Program-made: the position numbers and the translations under genes
Part shown: positions 63,001 through 64,000 of the stretch, piece by piece
Position numbering within the stretch: the first letter of the stretch is position 1
How the letters are laid out: each line of letters begins with the position of its first letter
Notes under the pieces: model-generated
What the model saw: only the letters and a program-made list of their open reading frames with translations
Databases searched by the model: none
Told to the model about the DNA's origin: nothing
Source: Octopus sinensis
Lineage: Eukaryota
DNA: 64,000 bases
Direction of reading: 5' to 3'
NCBI RefSeq assembly: GCF_006345805.1
Contig: NC_042997.1
Span: 176,328,001-176,392,000 of the forward strand

Positions 63001-64000
63001 ATGACTACATGCCCATAACTTGTTTTTCAGGTAAGGGATTTTACTTGTTTTTGAAAACACAGAATGATCAATCATAATGTGAACAAGGAATGTTAACATC
63101 ATATCATCATTTCACTGAGATGGTGACAAGTGAAGCCATGTAATATCAACATTTGCATATGGCTTCCACACAATTTCTGTCTACAAATTTCACTTACAAG
63201 ACAATGAGTATTCCAACATCTGTTTATCTATATTAGTATGGTTGTACTATGGCATATAATCATTTCCTTCAGTTCTATATCATCTAATCTTTAAGAAAGA
63301 TCTGTCTTGCCATTTCTTTTCTAAAGGATGCTTAAGTACATAGTATCTAAAGTAATTCAAATTAAACTAAAGATGTGTTGCAGTTGACAGAGAGTCAACA
63401 GTGTGTCATTGGGGATGAGTCATGAATGGTTCCTTATCTTATTAGCATGAGCTACAAGAAACAGTGGAACTGTAAACAGATTAATTTCTTAGCTGCAGTA
63501 CTTGGCTCAAATCTTCCCATGAATACATTCAGTATTAACAGGAATTCTATTATGTGGACAGGGATATCTCTTAACTGTTTGGTGTCTTAAAAATTGGGCC
63601 ATACACGAATACAACTGATAATAGTGAAGAATAAAAGAGGAGAAAAAAATCACTCTAGCTGGAATAAGTATTGTAAAAAGAAATACCTTGATCCTGAGTA
63701 ACAAAATTGGTTGTTATCAGAGGAGGAACTTGACCACGCACATTTGTTGTGAAAATACCACTTTTATTTCGTCTATCATCTTCAATTACTTGGATCTAAA
63801 TAAACCATGATGAAAAAACAAAAACAATTATTAAATTAGAATGGTACAGAAACTAATTTCAATTATAAATAATGTAAAATTAATCACTTAATAAAAATAG
63901 TACATTATATAATAAGATTCCTTATGAACTTACTGGACTGGGCATTTGGTCCGGATCCAATCTTCTCGGTTGCTGCGGTTGCATACCTGAATGGCTGCCA
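37727..64000 (-). CDS. SEC24C: SEC24C/D-type COPII coat cargo adaptor; 5' part outside the window
   Basis: 19 exons join in frame by GT-AG introns. Seen: [13 protein letters not shown], zinc finger (RCKRCKSY...CVFC), trunk/vWA domain ([11 protein letters not shown]), beta-sandwich, helical domain, gelsolin-like region, C-terminus [19 protein letters not shown] versus D is not resolvable; invertebrates typically have one C/D gene. Confidence 0.97.
38216..38642 (+). mobile_element. Composite family B SINE with an internal duplication junction
   Basis: The segment ccaccagtt...cataacttagtg occurs at about 38216 and 38446. Confidence 0.8.
38656..38745 (-). CDS. SEC24C: SEC24C/D exon
   Basis: [30 protein letters not shown]. 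Confidence 0.95.
40570..40789 (+). mobile_element. piggyBac-like MITE, intact, TTAA on both sides
   Basis: ttaa|CCCTTTAGCATT...ACTAAAGGG|ttaa. TTAA TSD and CC/GG termini are piggyBac hallmarks. Confidence 0.88.
40999..41102 (-). CDS. SEC24C: SEC24C/D exon
   Basis: [35 protein letters not shown]. Confidence 0.95.
41165..42660. repeat. Microsatellite and SINE cluster
   Basis: (TA)n/(TG)n; gggtacaggacatcacaaaac element at about 41308 and 42534; purine-rich tract; two family B SINE pieces at 42035-42500. Confidence 0.75.
42735..42888 (-). mobile_element. Family A SINE, 5'-truncated (no modules)
   Basis: (cat)n tail and body only. Confidence 0.88.
45299..45404 (-). CDS. SEC24C: SEC24C/D exon
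   Basis: [35 protein letters not shown]. Confidence 0.93.
45900..46560 (-). mobile_element. Possible Penelope-like remnant
   Basis: [10 protein letters not shown] loosely resembles the GIY-YIG T.R....R.KEH motif; heavily decayed. Confidence 0.3.
48643..48746 (-). CDS. SEC24C: SEC24C/D exon
   Basis: [34 protein letters not shown]. Confidence 0.96.
51138..51332 (-). CDS. SEC24C: SEC24C/D exon
   Basis: [65 protein letters not shown]. Confidence 0.96.
51458..51596 (-). CDS. SEC24C: SEC24C/D exon
   Basis: [46 protein letters not shown]. Confidence 0.96.
52167..52612 (+). mobile_element. Family A SINE, apparently full length
   Basis: aaaatc-repeat head, 3 gtgccagtg(g/a)cacataaaa modules, body, (gat)n tail. 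Confidence 0.92.
53480..53716 (+). mobile_element. Family A SINE, degraded
   Basis: Body and tail match. Confidence 0.78.
53772..53917 (-). CDS. SEC24C: SEC24C/D exon
   Basis: [48 protein letters not shown]. Confidence 0.96.
54488..54584 (-). CDS. SEC24C: SEC24C/D exon
   Basis: [33 protein letters not shown]. Confidence 0.95.
55643..55813 (-). CDS. SEC24C: SEC24C/D exon
   Basis: [57 protein letters not shown]. Confidence 0.96.
57668..57878 (-). CDS. SEC24C: SEC24C/D exon
   Basis: [30 protein letters not shown]...[19 protein letters not shown]. Confidence 0.96.
58624..58736 (-). CDS. SEC24C: SEC24C/D exon
   Basis: [37 protein letters not shown]. Confidence 0.96.
59018..59096 (-). CDS. SEC24C: SEC24C/D exon
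   Basis: [26 protein letters not shown]. Confidence 0.95.
59770..59897 (-). CDS. SEC24C: SEC24C/D exon
   Basis: [43 protein letters not shown]. Confidence 0.96.
60273..60388 (-). CDS. SEC24C: SEC24C/D exon
   Basis: [39 protein letters not shown]. Confidence 0.96.
60954..61092 (-). CDS. SEC24C: SEC24C/D exon (zinc finger)
   Basis: [46 protein letters not shown]. Confidence 0.97.
61443..61824 (-). mobile_element. Complete composite family B SINE (tRNA head, microsatellite, 3' half)
   Basis: All three parts contiguous. Confidence 0.9.
62095..62222 (-). CDS. SEC24C: SEC24C/D exon
   Basis: [42 protein letters not shown]. Confidence 0.96.
63687..63795 (-). CDS. SEC24C: SEC24C/D exon
   Basis: [37 protein letters not shown]. 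Confidence 0.95.
63934..64000 (-). CDS. SEC24C: SEC24C/D exon, cut by the window edge
   Basis: [22 protein letters not shown]; donor CCA|GTAAGT. Confidence 0.92.

Noticed and set aside
63507-63686. 65-aa ORF as an additional SEC24 exon
   Set aside because: No SEC24 similarity, and exons 63687-63795 and 62095-62222 join in frame without it.

Overview
AT-rich, intron-containing animal DNA. The tRNA-derived SINEs, (CAT)n-tailed SINEs and microsatellite load resemble Octopus/cephalopod DNA (inference). Two secretory-pathway housekeeping genes lie in tandem on the minus strand. (1) PIGQ/GPI1, a GPI-GlcNAc transferase subunit: I hand-spliced 8 coding exons in frame from ATG 17622 to 3373 (500 codons plus 1 nt). 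There is a probable non-coding first exon near 24.2-24.4 kb, and the last exon(s) were not found. (2) A SEC24C/D-type COPII cargo adaptor: 19 exons spliced in frame from the right window edge to TAA at 37727 (about 793 aa visible). Introns and the gap between the genes hold SINEs, MITEs and remnants of RTE, CR1, Penelope-like, gypsy, hAT and mariner elements. I see no convincing new multi-gene system. The best second-look items concern RNA structure and genome dynamics around PIGQ: an exon fragment copied into a MITE, a duplicated splice acceptor, long hairpins beside splice sites, inverted SINE pairs bracketing single exons, an in-frame uORF, and a CpG-rich tandem repeat plus a 250-bp palindrome flanking the presumed promoter. 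All alignments and translations were done by eye, so repeat boundaries are approximate.
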